44,305 bases of DNA from an uncultured Bacilli bacterium (GCA_947589275.1 CANQAQ010000003.1:1-44305); one strand, 5' to 3'. Counted from the first letter of the stretch, positions 20,557-31,693 are shown. A program made the numbers and translations. The notes: generated by a model not told the origin, from the letters alone.

Positions 20557-22392
20557 ATGATAAAAAAAATAATGGAGGATATAAAATTACATAGAGTTTC
20601 ATATTTAATTGAAAAAATAGAAAAAAGAGATTTTAACACAAAAATAGAAGCTTTTAGAAAAATAGAAAAAATGAAAATAACTAAAAATATAGGGTTATTT
20701 TTAATTGACGCTTCTAAACGTGATTATAATGTAAATGATAATAATGGTGGTATAAATTCTTCTTTAATATCTTTATGTTTTAAAAATTATTACGATGAAT
20801 ATTCAAAAGCAATAGATAAAGTTTTTAAATATTTAAAGCCTGATGCACAAAATAGAGTAGTATTTCTTTTATCTAGTATAGATAATGAAAGTGCATTAAA
20901 ATTATATGTTGATTTGATACTAAAGTATTATAGTAATAATAATTTTATTCCAATAAGTAATTTATTTGAAAGACCACATTTATATAATATTTTATTTCCT
21001 AAACTATTTAATGCATTAAAATTTAAAAATGAAAAAAATAATATATTAATATTACTAAATGATTACTTAAATGCTGGTGTTGTAAAAAATATTGATTTAA
21101 CTAAAAATAAAAAAATAATAACTGATGCAATATCTAGAGTATTTTCTTTAGCACTTAAATATAAATTTACTAATACTACTAAAGCATTAAAAAATTCTGA
21201 ATATATTGATTTAAGATTTTTTTTAGAAATATGTATAAATATAGAATGTTATATTTCAAATAAAGAAACTGAAAAATTACTTGAAAAACTATTTAAAAAA
21301 GGTGATAATCAGTTAAACTTATTTATACTTGATAATTATATTAGAAAAGGTAAAAATATAAAAAAAATTAATTTAGAAAAAATAGCTAAAGATGATGCAA
21401 GTAGATATCCACTTTTTGAAATGCTAAGTAATTATGGATTAGAAAAATTAATACCAAGTAAATACTTATCAAAAAAGTTACTTGCAAAATCTGATTTTTA
21501 TATAAACTTTATGATATATACAAGATATAAAGGTGAACTAAAAAATTATAAGTTTATAGAAAAAAGAAATATAATGGGATATGAATATTATATATTTAAA
21601 TTTAAATATACTTATTTGTATGAGAATGTATCATCAGATTTTTTAACTAACTATGTTATGCATTTATCAAAAATTGATAAATATAATAATATACTTATAA
21701 CTAGGGACTATATTGGAGTAAGTGGAGGATTTAATTTAGATGATAATTATTCTAAAATATCATTTAATCATAATAGATTATTATTTTCTAAAATAAAAAA
21801 TAATGAGACTATTTCTGATGTTATAAAAAAGATTGGTATAGAAGATGATATAAAATTAAAAAATGAAAAAGTAGAAACTACTTTAGAAGAAAAGGTAGAA
21901 AAATCAAAATTTAGTTTTTCATATATACTAATTGGACTATTCATTATTTTTATATTAATGTTAATAGGTTGTGTTATATATGTATATAATCCAAATATTA
22001 TAAAAATAAAAAATAATAGTGATCACATTTCATCAGAATTATCTAAACAATATGAATTTTTAGAAATTAATGGTAGTGATATATTTAATAAAGATGATAG
22101 TGAATATTATATTTTATTTTATAAAAAAGGGACTTCAAATAAAAATAAATATTATACATATGTAAATGAATATCTAAAAAATAATATAAAAATATATTAT
22201 GTTAATATGAATGATGAAAAAAATAAATTCTTATATTCAAATAATGATTTTAATTTTATTATAGAAAAAGATAGATTGCTTAAGGTAAAAGATAAAGAAT
22301 TTGAATATTATGTTGATGGTAAAATTAATATTTTAAATGAAATGAAAGGATTTGTTGAATCTTTAAATAAAGAGGAAAATATAAAAAAATAG
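20557..22392 (+). CDS. Hypothetical single-pass membrane protein
   Basis: About 610-aa ORF, TM near residues 455-480, helical N-terminal part, possible thioredoxin-like C-terminal domain. Confidence 0.65.
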   Translation: MIKKIMEDIKLHRVSYLIEKIEKRDFNTKIEAFRKIEKMKITKNIGLFLIDASKRDYNVNDNNGGINSSLISLCFKNYYDEYSKAIDKVFKYLKPDAQNRVVFLLSSIDNESALKLYVDLILKYYSNNNFIPISNLFERPHLYNILFPKLFNALKFKNEKNNILILLNDYLNAGVVKNIDLTKNKKIITDAISRVFSLALKYKFTNTTKALKNSEYIDLRFFLEICINIECYISNKETEKLLEKLFKKGDNQLNLFILDNYIRKGKNIKKINLEKIAKDDASRYPLFEMLSNYGLEKLIPSKYLSKKLLAKSDFYINFMIYTRYKGELKNYKFIEKRNIMGYEYYIFKFKYTYLYENVSSDFLTNYVMHLSKIDKYNNILITRDYIGVSGGFNLDDNYSKISFNHNRLLFSKIKNNETISDVIKKIGIEDDIKLKNEKVETTLEEKVEKSKFSFSYILIGLFIIFILMLIGCVIYVYNPNIIKIKNNSDHISSELSKQYEFLEINGSDIFNKDDSEYYILFYKKGTSNKNKYYTYVNEYLKNNIKIYYVNMNDEKNKFLYSNNDFNFIIEKDRLLKVKDKEFEYYVDGKINILNEMKGFVESLNKEENIKK

Positions 22393-22448
22393 GTAATTTA
22401 TTTATTTCAAATTTATAAAATATAATATAATATTTATAAGGAGTTTTT

Positions 22449-22964
22449 ATGAAAAAATTTGTACCAGATATGTATAAAAAAAATATCTATGAAATAGATT
22501 ATGAAAAATTAAAACAAATGGGGAAAGAATATTTATTCTTTGATCTTGATAATACAATAATTAGTTATATTGAAAATAAACCTACTACTCAAAACAAAAA
22601 ATTATTTAAAAAATTAAAAGATATGGGATTTAAATGTTTTATATTTTCAAATTCTAATAAAAAAAGATTAACCCCATTTAAAGATGAACTTTTAGTAGAT
22701 GTATTTACAAGTTCTAAAAAACCATTAAAAATAAGTTATAAAAAAATAATTAAGTTATATGATAAAGATAAATGTGTATTTATAGGTGATCAAATTATGA
22801 CTGATGTAATAGGTGCAAAAAGAAATGGTTTATATGTTATATTTTTAGATAGAATAAATGATAAAGAACCTATATATACAAAATTTTGGAGATTTTTTGA
22901 ATATTTTGTTTTAAAGAATTTTAAAAAAAATAATTATTTAGTAAAAGGAAAATATTATGATTAG
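22449..22964 (+). CDS. yqeG: YqeG family HAD IIIA phosphatase
   Basis: DLDNT, SKKP, IGDQIMTDVIGA. Confidence 0.92.
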   Translation: MKKFVPDMYKKNIYEIDYEKLKQMGKEYLFFDLDNTIISYIENKPTTQNKKLFKKLKDMGFKCFIFSNSNKKRLTPFKDELLVDVFTSSKKPLKISYKKIIKLYDKDKCVFIGDQIMTDVIGAKRNGLYVIFLDRINDKEPIYTKFWRFFEYFVLKNFKKNNYLVKGKYYD

Positions 22965-23973
22965 AAAGTGTATTGGATGTGGCGCTATTTTACAATATGA
23001 AGAAATAGATAAAATAGGATATGTTAAAGAAAAAAAATATGATACTGCTTTATACTGTGAAAGATGTTTTAAAATACTAAATTATGGTGATTTTAAACAT
23101 ATTAATTCAGATGGTAAAGAATATATAGAAATATATAAAAATATAAATAAAACTAATGATTTAGTATTATTTTTAGTAGATATATTTAATATTAATGATT
23201 CAATTAGTATGATAAATAAATATATTAATAATAAAGTAATCTTAGTAATAACTAAATATGATATAATACCAAGATCAGTTAAAGAAGATAAAATAAAAAC
23301 AAGAATAAAAGAATATAATTTTAATAGTAATATTATAGATATTATTTTTGTAAGTAGTAATACTAATTATAATATTAATTTATTGTATGAAAAAATGTTA
23401 GAAAATAAAACTAGTAATAATGTTTATTTATGTGGCAATACTAATGCTGGTAAAAGTACACTTATAAATAAATTAATAGAAAAATATTCAGTTAATAAAA
23501 TTAAAGTAACAACTAGTATTCTTCCTTCAACAACAATAAATATAAATAATATATATATAAATGAAAACTTAACATTAATTGATACACCAGGTTTTATAGA
23601 AAGTAATAATATAAGTAATTATGTATCTATAGATTTACTTAAAAAAATAATGCCAAAAAATGAAATAAAACCTATTACGTATCAATTAGAAGAAGGTATG
23701 AGTCTACTTATTGACAATTTACTTCGTATAGAATACGTAAATGGAGAAAAAAATAGTTTTACTTTTTATATATCAAATGATATAATGATAAATAGAATAA
23801 ATACTATAACAAATAATAGGGGTAGAGATTTGAAATGTCATGATATTCTTGTATCAGGTAATGAAGATGTTATAGTAAACGGTTTATGTTTTATAAAGAT
23901 AACAAAAAAAGCAGTATTAAAAATATATACAATAGATGGTGTTTTAGTTTTTAAACGTAGGTCGTTAATTTAA
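22957..23973 (+). CDS. yqeH: Ribosome biogenesis GTPase YqeH
   Basis: CIGCG...CERC zinc finger; circularly permuted TKYD / GNTNAGKS / DTPG. Confidence 0.92.
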   Translation: MIRKCIGCGAILQYEEIDKIGYVKEKKYDTALYCERCFKILNYGDFKHINSDGKEYIEIYKNINKTNDLVLFLVDIFNINDSISMINKYINNKVILVITKYDIIPRSVKEDKIKTRIKEYNFNSNIIDIIFVSSNTNYNINLLYEKMLENKTSNNVYLCGNTNAGKSTLINKLIEKYSVNKIKVTTSILPSTTININNIYINENLTLIDTPGFIESNNISNYVSIDLLKKIMPKNEIKPITYQLEEGMSLLIDNLLRIEYVNGEKNSFTFYISNDIMINRINTITNNRGRDLKCHDILVSGNEDVIVNGLCFIKITKKAVLKIYTIDGVLVFKRRSLI

Positions 23974-23990
23974 GAAAGAAGGATAAAAGA

Positions 23991-25268
23991 ATGAAAAAAG
24001 GGTTATATATTAAATTATTATTATTTATTTTTATGATTATTATATTTCCAAAAAATGCATATGCACTTAATTTTAAAGTTGAAAGATCAGTAGATTCTAT
24101 TAAACCAGGACAGGAAGTAACTGTATATATAAAAATAACAGATACAAGTTCAATAGTTGCAGATTCATTAAATAAATATACTGTATCACTTTCATATGAT
24201 TCATCAAAACTTGAATATAAGAGTGGAAATAGTAATGTTTCAAATGTTCAAGCAGGTAATCCTGTTACAATAACTGCAAATAAACCAATAAGTGGTGATG
24301 AGACACTTGCTACTTTGATATTTGGTGTAAAAAGTGGTGCTAAAGCTGGTAGTACAAATTTAACTGTAACAAATTCAGATCTTAATACTTTAAGTGGTAA
24401 TAATAAGATTACTGCAACTAATACAAGTTCTATGATAACTATAAATTCATTAAGTTCTGATGCAACACTTAGTTCACTTAAGATACCTAATGCAACATTA
24501 TCTCCAAAATTTGATAAAGAAGTTACTGAATATAGTACAGATATAAAAGATATAACTGAAATTACTATAAATGCATCTCCAACAGACTCAAATTCAAAAA
24601 TTATGATATCTGATAACTATAAAAATTTAGTTAAGGGTGAAAATATAATAAAAATTTCAGTAACTGCAGAAGATGGAACAACAACTAAAACATATCAAAT
24701 TAAAGTAAATCTTACTATGACTCCAACTGAGGAAGAAAAACTAAAAGCAAATGCTGATTTAAAGAAACTTGAAATAGATGGTTTTGATATAGATTTTTCT
24801 AAAGAAATCAAAAAATATACATTATCAGTTCCATATGATACAAGAAAAATAAAATTATTAGCAGAATCAGAAAATGAAAATGCTATTGTTACAATGGAAG
24901 GAACTACAGATTTAAAAGTTGGTAAAAACATAATAAAAATTTTAGTAACATCTGAAGATAATGAAAATACTCAAACCTATACAATAACAGTAACAAGAGA
25001 AAAAGAAGAAAAGAAAATAGTTCAAACTTGTCCAGATGAAACTAGTACAAGAGAGTGGATATTATTTTCAGTTTCAATGTTTGTTACATTTACATTAGGA
25101 ATAGTGTTAGGATACTTTGTATGTAAAAAACAAATTTTAAGTAAGATATTTAAAAAGAAGAAAAAAGAAGATCCTGAAGAAATAGATACTTTATCTGATA
25201 CTATAAAACTTGATACTAATAAGGTTAATGATGAAGTAATTAAAGAAAACAAAAATAAATTGGATTAG
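23991..25268 (+). CDS. Surface protein with cohesin-like and two cadherin-like beta-sandwich domains, C-terminal TM
   Basis: Signal peptide; LSYDSSKLEY; two repeats ending VTAEDG/VTSED...TY.I.V; TM followed by a Lys cluster. Confidence 0.8.
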   Translation: MKKGLYIKLLLFIFMIIIFPKNAYALNFKVERSVDSIKPGQEVTVYIKITDTSSIVADSLNKYTVSLSYDSSKLEYKSGNSNVSNVQAGNPVTITANKPISGDETLATLIFGVKSGAKAGSTNLTVTNSDLNTLSGNNKITATNTSSMITINSLSSDATLSSLKIPNATLSPKFDKEVTEYSTDIKDITEITINASPTDSNSKIMISDNYKNLVKGENIIKISVTAEDGTTTKTYQIKVNLTMTPTEEEKLKANADLKKLEIDGFDIDFSKEIKKYTLSVPYDTRKIKLLAESENENAIVTMEGTTDLKVGKNIIKILVTSEDNENTQTYTITVTREKEEKKIVQTCPDETSTREWILFSVSMFVTFTLGIVLGYFVCKKQILSKIFKKKKKEDPEEIDTLSDTIKLDTNKVNDEVIKENKNKLD

Positions 25269-25294
25269 TAATAATTACTTAATCCAATTTTTTT
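25257..25294. terminator. Bidirectional terminator at overlapping convergent stops
   Basis: aaattggattagtaat-a-attact-t-aatccaattt followed by a T run. Confidence 0.65.
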
Positions 25295-25801
25295 ATTTAA
25301 TTTATCTATAAAAATATCAACTTTAGGAGGATAATATGTAAGATATATAAATGTTAATAAAATTATAAATATTATTACAAAAAAATATTTATTTAAAAAA
25401 TAATAATCTTTAGTACTAGATAAAACTTTAAAACTAATAAATTGTGAGATTATTATACTTAATAAATATAATAATATAGTAATTACAGCGTTATAACCAA
25501 ATAATTTATATATAGGTATATAGATTATTAAAAATATAAATATATTAAATATTAGTGATATAACTATTGAAGCTTTAAAATTTTTAGTTTCTAGGTTATT
25601 TTTCTTTAATAATATAAATTCTATTATAGACCATATTAAATAACTCATATTTAACATTTTCATATGTTCAAATATAGATTCATTAACTGGATAAAAAAAA
25701 GATGTTAATATATTTGGAAATTTATCATATAAGCTATGTGTTAAAATACTAAGTATAAATATACTAGTTATACTAATTATTTTTAAAATTTTAATTGTCA
25801 T
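25265..25801 (-). CDS. DUF6512-like membrane protein
   Basis: THSLYD...PVNESIFEHMKM motif, several TMs; SD AAGGA. Confidence 0.7.
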   Translation of the reverse strand: MTIKILKIISITSIFILSILTHSLYDKFPNILTSFFYPVNESIFEHMKMLNMSYLIWSIIEFILLKKNNLETKNFKASIVISLIFNIFIFLIIYIPIYKLFGYNAVITILLYLLSIIISQFISFKVLSSTKDYYFLNKYFFVIIFIILLTFIYLTYYPPKVDIFIDKLNKKIGLSNYY

Positions 25802-25887
25802 ATATAGTCCTTTCTATTCAAAATATACATATTTTTTTAAGAAATATTACAAAAATATGTAAAAAATATAATTTTTTAATAAAAATT

Positions 25888-25915
25888 AGTGGAATTTTAA
25901 ATATAAAGGGGGAAT
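25888..25915 (+). promoter_or_regulatory. sigmaH-like promoter upstream of dnaG-sigA
   Basis: AGTGGAATT-N12-GGGGAAT versus consensus RNAGGAWWW-N11/12-RNNGAAT (one mismatch). Confidence 0.5.
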
Positions 25916-25938
25916 ATATATTTTGGAAGTGATTTTTA

Positions 25939-27675
25939 ATGACTAAGATTTCTTATGAAGAGATACTTAGTATTCAAAGAAGAGTAAATATAGTTGATAT
26001 AATACGTAATTATGTTCCACTCACTCAAAAAGGTAAAAACTTTTTTGGAATATGTCCATTTCATGATGATCATAATCCATCTATGAGTATTTCTCCCGAA
26101 AGACAAATATATAGATGTTTTGTGTGTGGCGCATCTGGTAATGTATTTAACTTTGTTATGGAATACGAAAAGATATCTTATTACGAAGCTATTAAAGTAG
26201 TTGCAAATACTATTGGAATAAATGTTGAAATAGATAATATTAATAAACAAAATGTTATTAAATCACCATTATATTCTATATATGATATATCATGTAAAAT
26301 ATATCAAAATAATTTAAATACACCATTTGGTAAAAAAGCTAGAGAATATTTAAAAGAAAGAAATATAAATGATGAAATAATAAAAGAATTTAAAATTGGT
26401 TTATCAACTATAAATGATGAAGTAATAGATATATTAAATAAAAAGAATTTTAGTGAGATGGATATCCTAAAATCTGGATTATGTATTAAATCAAATAATA
26501 ATTTATATGATATATATAAAAATAGAATTATGTTTCCACTTTCTGATTTAGAAGGAAATATAGTTGGTTTCTCAGGAAGAATATATGATAACAGTAATGA
26601 AAATAAATATATTAATACTAAAGAAACCGATATATTTAAAAAGGGTGAATTACTATATAATTATCATATTGCAAAAAAAGAAGTAAGAAAAGAAAAACAA
26701 ATTATTGTTGTAGAAGGATTTATGGATGTAATTAGATTAAGTACAATTGGAATAAAAAATGTAGTTGCGACTATGGGAACAGCAATTACTAAAGTTCAAG
26801 CAAATTTAATAAGAAAATTATCTTCCAATATTATTTTAATGTTTGATGGTGATTCAGCTGGAGATAAAGCAACCCTTTCTTTTTTAAGTTTATTTACAAA
26901 TAGTGATGCAAATATAAAAATTGTTAGATTAGAAGATAATTTAGATCCTGATGAATATATTATGAAAAAAGGTAAAGATAGGTTACTAGAGCATATAAAT
27001 AAACCTATAAATGAAGTAAGTTATAAAATAGATAAATTAAAGACAGGAATTAATTTTAATGATAGTGAAGATGTTTCTAAATATGTTAATTTAGTATTAA
27101 AAGAATTAGAAAATATAGAAGATGATATACTTAGAAATATAGAATTAAAAAAATTATCAGATTTAACTGGGTTAGATATTCAAACATTGAATTCAAATAT
27201 GAGTATAAAAAGAAAAGATATAAATATTATAGATAAAATAAAAACTGATAATATAAAAATGGATAAATATGATAAAGCTTCTAAGTACATAATATTTAAT
27301 ATGATTAAGAATAATAAAATAATATTATATTACTTTAATAATTTATCTTATTTACCATTTGATATAGATAGGAAATTGGCAAATGAAATAGTATTGTTTT
27401 ATAAAAAATATAATAGTTTTAACATTAATGATTTTGTTACATATTTAGAGGATAAAAAAGATTTAATAGACTTAGTTTTAAAAATTGATAGTATGGATTT
27501 TAAAGTAGAAGATGATTATTCTATTATTGATAGCTATTTTAAAACTATTAGAGAATATATAAATAAAAAAGAAATAACAAATTTAACAAATGAATTAAAA
27601 AAAGAAATAAATGTTAATAAAAGAAAAGAAATAGCACAAAAAATTGTGGAAATAAAGATGAAGGAGAGTAGTTAA
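25939..27675 (+). CDS. dnaG: DNA primase
   Basis: [14 protein letters not shown] zinc finger, [31 protein letters not shown]. Confidence 0.98.
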   Translation: MTKISYEEILSIQRRVNIVDIIRNYVPLTQKGKNFFGICPFHDDHNPSMSISPERQIYRCFVCGASGNVFNFVMEYEKISYYEAIKVVANTIGINVEIDNINKQNVIKSPLYSIYDISCKIYQNNLNTPFGKKAREYLKERNINDEIIKEFKIGLSTINDEVIDILNKKNFSEMDILKSGLCIKSNNNLYDIYKNRIMFPLSDLEGNIVGFSGRIYDNSNENKYINTKETDIFKKGELLYNYHIAKKEVRKEKQIIVVEGFMDVIRLSTIGIKNVVATMGTAITKVQANLIRKLSSNIILMFDGDSAGDKATLSFLSLFTNSDANIKIVRLEDNLDPDEYIMKKGKDRLLEHINKPINEVSYKIDKLKTGINFNDSEDVSKYVNLVLKELENIEDDILRNIELKKLSDLTGLDIQTLNSNMSIKRKDINIIDKIKTDNIKMDKYDKASKYIIFNMIKNNKIILYYFNNLSYLPFDIDRKLANEIVLFYKKYNSFNINDFVTYLEDKKDLIDLVLKIDSMDFKVEDDYSIIDSYFKTIREYINKKEITNLTNELKKEINVNKRKEIAQKIVEIKMKESS

Positions 27676-27676
27676 T

Positions 27677-28765
27677 ATGGAAGAAATTAAAACTTTTGAA
27701 GAAAGAAAGAAAGAATTATTAAAAAAAGGAAAAGAAAATGGCTTTTTAACATTTGAAGAATTAGCTAATGCACTAAAAGGATTAGAAATGGATGCTGAAA
27801 GTTTAGATGAGTTATATAACTTTCTTCATGATAATAATATAGAAGTTGTTGAAGAAGGGGAACCTGATAGTGATGATGATGATTCTGAAAATGGAGAATT
27901 ATTATTAGATGATATATCACTTCCAAAAAATTTAAGTATAAATGATCCAGTTAGAATGTACTTAAAAGAAATTGGAAGAATAAGTTTATTATCTACAGAA
28001 GAAGAATTAGAATTATCAAAAAAAATAGAAGAAGGCGATGAAGAAGCAAAATCTACACTTGCTGAAGCTAATTTAAGATTAGTTGTATCAATTGCAAAAC
28101 GTTATGTTGGAAGAAATTTATCTTTCCTAGATCTTATTCAAGAAGGTAATATTGGTCTTATGAAAGCAGTAGATAAATTTGATTCATCTAAAGGTTATAA
28201 ATTTTCAACATATGCGACTTGGTGGATTAGACAAGCAATAACAAGAGCTATTGCAGATCAGGCTAAAACAATAAGAGTTCCAGTACACATGGTTGAAACA
28301 ATTAATAAATTAAAAAGAGTTCAAAGACAATTAACATTAGAATTAGATAGAGAACCAACAGAAGAAGAAATTAGTAAACAATTAGGTATACCAGAAGATA
28401 AGGTTCGTGAAATAATAAAAATTTCTTTAGATCCTTTATCATTAGAAACACCAATAGGTGAAGAAGAAGATTCTCACTTAGGAGATTTTGTTGCTGATGA
28501 ACATAGTTTAAGTCCAGAAGAATATGCTATAAATGAAGTATTAAAAGATGAAATATCAGAGTTATTATTAACATTAACAGAAAGAGAGGAACAAGTAATT
28601 AAATTAAGATTTGGTTTAGTAGATGGTACATGTAGAACTTTAGAAGAAGTTGGAACATTGTTTGGTGTAACAAGAGAAAGAATAAGACAAATAGAAGCAA
28701 AGGCATTAAGAAAATTACGTCATCCATCAAGGAGCAAAAAGTTAAAAGATTACTTGGTAGATTAG
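27677..28765 (+). CDS. sigA: Primary RNA polymerase sigma factor
   Basis: [49 protein letters not shown]. Confidence 0.98.
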   Translation: MEEIKTFEERKKELLKKGKENGFLTFEELANALKGLEMDAESLDELYNFLHDNNIEVVEEGEPDSDDDDSENGELLLDDISLPKNLSINDPVRMYLKEIGRISLLSTEEELELSKKIEEGDEEAKSTLAEANLRLVVSIAKRYVGRNLSFLDLIQEGNIGLMKAVDKFDSSKGYKFSTYATWWIRQAITRAIADQAKTIRVPVHMVETINKLKRVQRQLTLELDREPTEEEISKQLGIPEDKVREIIKISLDPLSLETPIGEEEDSHLGDFVADEHSLSPEEYAINEVLKDEISELLLTLTEREEQVIKLRFGLVDGTCRTLEEVGTLFGVTRERIRQIEAKALRKLRHPSRSKKLKDYLVD

Positions 28766-28766
28766 T

Positions 28767-29435
28767 ATGAGATTATCAAATAGATTAAAAGCAATAACTG
28801 ATTTTATTGATGGTAATGAGAAAATAATCGATATAGGATGTGATCATGCATTTTTAGATATTTATTTATGTGAAAACTATAATAACATAAAAGTAATTGC
28901 ATCAGATATTCATGAAGGTGCAATTAATAATGCATATAAAAATATTGAAAAACATAATTTAACTAAAAAAATAGATTTAAGACTTGGTGATGGATTATCT
29001 ATAGTTAATAGTGATGAAATAGATACAATTATAATTTCAGGTATGGGATATTATAATATTATTTCAATATTAAATAATAAAGAAAAAATGATAAATGTTA
29101 ATAAGATAATAATACAATCAAATACAGATATTGTTAAACTTAGAAAATCTGTACTTAAATTAGGTTATAAAATATCAAAAGAAAAACTAGTAAAAGATAA
29201 AGATATTATATATACAATAATAGAATTTATAAAAGGAGAAGAAAAATATAGTTACGAAGAAATTTATTTTGGACCTGATATTTTAAAACATAAAGATGAG
29301 TTATTTTATGAATATTATAATAAAAAATTATTAAAATATGAAAATTTATTACTTCAACTACCATATACTCATATTCTTACAAAACTTCATCATATGAGAT
29401 TAATTAAGATAATAAAAAAGGAAGTTAAAAATTAA
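28767..29435 (+). CDS. trmK: tRNA (adenine22-N1)-methyltransferase
   Basis: LSNRL, DIGCDHA, LGDGL, ISGMG; position after sigA. Confidence 0.92.
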   Translation: MRLSNRLKAITDFIDGNEKIIDIGCDHAFLDIYLCENYNNIKVIASDIHEGAINNAYKNIEKHNLTKKIDLRLGDGLSIVNSDEIDTIIISGMGYYNIISILNNKEKMINVNKIIIQSNTDIVKLRKSVLKLGYKISKEKLVKDKDIIYTIIEFIKGEEKYSYEEIYFGPDILKHKDELFYEYYNKKLLKYENLLLQLPYTHILTKLHHMRLIKIIKKEVKN

Positions 29436-29505
29436 AACACAATATGTGTTTTTTTATTTAATAAAAAAAGACACATAAATATGTGTCAAACTTAAAAGTT
29501 TAACT

Positions 29506-29817
29506 TTATATAAAGAAACTAGGTTGATTTTCATCATAGTTATAGGTTTCATTAATATTATTAGAATTATTAATAGAATTATTATTATTTTGGATATTTG
29601 TATCTGAATTACTAGCACTAGTAAATGCACTAGCAAGTCTAAGCATAGTTTTAGCATTATTAAAAATTGGTTTAACTTGATATACAAGTGGTATTGCTTG
29701 ATTAACAATATTTAAAGTTTTTTGTGTATTACTAAGAAGTCCTGCCCAATTAATACTTCTTCTTGCAATTGGTGCAATTGCTCTTAGTGGCATATATGAT
29801 CCAATAGGATTAAACAT
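29506..29817 (-). CDS. VrrA/YqfQ family protein
   Basis: LLSNTQKTLNIVNQAIPLVYQVKPIFNN core, low-complexity tail ending PSFFI; SD GGAGG. Confidence 0.7.
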   Translation of the reverse strand: MFNPIGSYMPLRAIAPIARRSINWAGLLSNTQKTLNIVNQAIPLVYQVKPIFNNAKTMLRLASAFTSASNSDTNIQNNNNSINNSNNINETYNYDENQPSFFI

Positions 29818-29918
29818 AAGTATTACCTCCCTGTAAATATTATATGAAACACATAAAAAAAAGTTTAAAAATTAATATATATATGTTATAATCAATTATA
29901 GAATAGAGGAGTTGAGTT

Positions 29919-31682
29919 ATGAACACTTTAAAAAAAATAATAAAAAGTATTCTTAATACAATATGTAATATATTTTTATTTATAATTTTATTACCACTTA
30001 ATATATTTAAGTATTTTAATTTATTTTTTTACTATTTAATAAAACTTGCATTAAGAGAGTCACCTGAGAAAAAACAAAAAAGATTAGAAAAAGAAAAAGA
30101 AAGAGAAGAAGAAAAAGAAAAAGAAAGAAAAGAAGCAGAAAAATATATTAGGGAAAAGAATAAAGAAGCTAATATCTCTGCATTAAAAGATGCTCAAAGT
30201 GAAAAAAATAAAATTAATGAGCAAGTTAAAGCTCCTAGTCATAAAATGACTAAAGAAGAGATAAGGGAAGAACATAGAATAGCAAAAGAAAAAATAAAAA
30301 GAGAAAAACAAAGGCAAAGAGAAGAAGCAAGAAAAGAAAAAAAGAGTATTTTAAAACAGTTTAAAGAAAGAAACTTTTTTGCACTTAGAAGACAAAGAAA
30401 ATTAGATTCAAAAAGAAAAGTATTAACATTAGATATAAATTCTGATGATTCAAAAAGAAGTAATGAAAAAATTATATTTAGATATGTAGGTAAAAATGAA
30501 GCAGGTAAAATTGAAAGAGGAACATTCCAAGGATATTCAAAACTTGATGTTCATTCATATTTATTATCTGAAGGATATGAAGTATATGAAATAAAAGCAG
30601 TTGCAAAAGCTAACTTATTTAATACAGATTTATCACTTAATAGACCGATTAAGAAATCTTTATTAGTATTTTATATAACTCAATTATCAACATATTTAAA
30701 AGCAGGTATACCACTTGTTGATTCAATAAAAATATTAACAAAGCAAACAAAATCAAAAAGTGTTAAAACAATTTGGAAATCAATAGTATATGAGCTTACG
30801 ATGGGTGCAAGTCTTAGTGAGGCTATGATAAGATGTGGTAATGTATTTCCAAAATTATTAATTAATATGATTAAAACTGCTGAAATGACTGGTGATTTAC
30901 CTGAGGTACTTGATGAACAAGCAGAGTATTATAAAACTACTGAGCAATCAAAAAGAGAAATGATAAATGCAATGTTATATCCACTTGCAATATTTATTTT
31001 TTCCATTGCAATAATTATATTTATATTATTATATGTAATACCACAATTTGTAGAGATATATGAAAGTATTGGTGCAGACCTTCCATGGTTTACTCAACTT
31101 CTAATAAATATTAGTAATTTTGCATCAAAGAATATTATTTGGATGGCTGTTATTGCTATAGTAATAGTAATAATATTCATAATACTATATAAAAATAATT
31201 CATCATTTAAATATGGTGTTGAATACTTATTAATGCATATTCCTGTTATTAAAAATGTTATAATATATAATGAAGTAACAATGTTTTCGAAGACATTTGC
31301 AACACTTATAAATAATAATATTTTTATAACTGATAGTATGGATATACTAAGTAGAATTACAGAAAATGAAATATATAAAATGATAATATATGACGCAGTA
31401 GAAAATTTATCTAGAGGTGAAAATATTTCTACATCATTTTATGATCATTGGGCTTTCCCTGATATAGCATATCAAATGATAGTAACTGGTGAAAAAACAG
31501 GTCAGTTAGGTATAATGATGGATAAAGTGGGGGATTATTATCATGATGAACATTCAAATGCAATAGCAAGAATCAAAGTATTCATTGAACCAGTATTAAT
31601 TATATTTTTAGCAGTTGGTGTTGGTGGAATATTGCTTGCAGTATTATTACCTATGTTTAATATATATAGTCAAGTTATATAA
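29919..31682 (+). CDS. pilC: Type IV pilus/T2SS platform protein PilC/GspF with N-terminal extension
   Basis: FRYVG..AGKIERG, QLSTYLKAGIPL, AEMTGDL, AMLYP, GEKTGQL, IEPVLI, LLPMF. Confidence 0.9.
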   Translation: MNTLKKIIKSILNTICNIFLFIILLPLNIFKYFNLFFYYLIKLALRESPEKKQKRLEKEKEREEEKEKERKEAEKYIREKNKEANISALKDAQSEKNKINEQVKAPSHKMTKEEIREEHRIAKEKIKREKQRQREEARKEKKSILKQFKERNFFALRRQRKLDSKRKVLTLDINSDDSKRSNEKIIFRYVGKNEAGKIERGTFQGYSKLDVHSYLLSEGYEVYEIKAVAKANLFNTDLSLNRPIKKSLLVFYITQLSTYLKAGIPLVDSIKILTKQTKSKSVKTIWKSIVYELTMGASLSEAMIRCGNVFPKLLINMIKTAEMTGDLPEVLDEQAEYYKTTEQSKREMINAMLYPLAIFIFSIAIIIFILLYVIPQFVEIYESIGADLPWFTQLLINISNFASKNIIWMAVIAIVIVIIFIILYKNNSSFKYGVEYLLMHIPVIKNVIIYNEVTMFSKTFATLINNNIFITDSMDILSRITENEIYKMIIYDAVENLSRGENISTSFYDHWAFPDIAYQMIVTGEKTGQLGIMMDKVGDYYHDEHSNAIARIKVFIEPVLIIFLAVGVGGILLAVLLPMFNIYSQVI

Positions 31683-31693
31683 GGAGTTTTATA

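Noticed and set aside
25936-26250. 104-aa antisense ORF over the 5' end of dnaG, reminiscent of B. subtilis antE
   Set aside because: Codon-aligned shadow of dnaG with no SD, and it stops at the dnaG start instead of extending upstream
29434-29708. 84-aa minus ORF (29454-29708) and cluster of ACACA/TGTGT hairpins
   Set aside because: The ORF is an out-of-frame overlap of the yqfQ-like gene; the hairpins are explained as terminators between convergent genes
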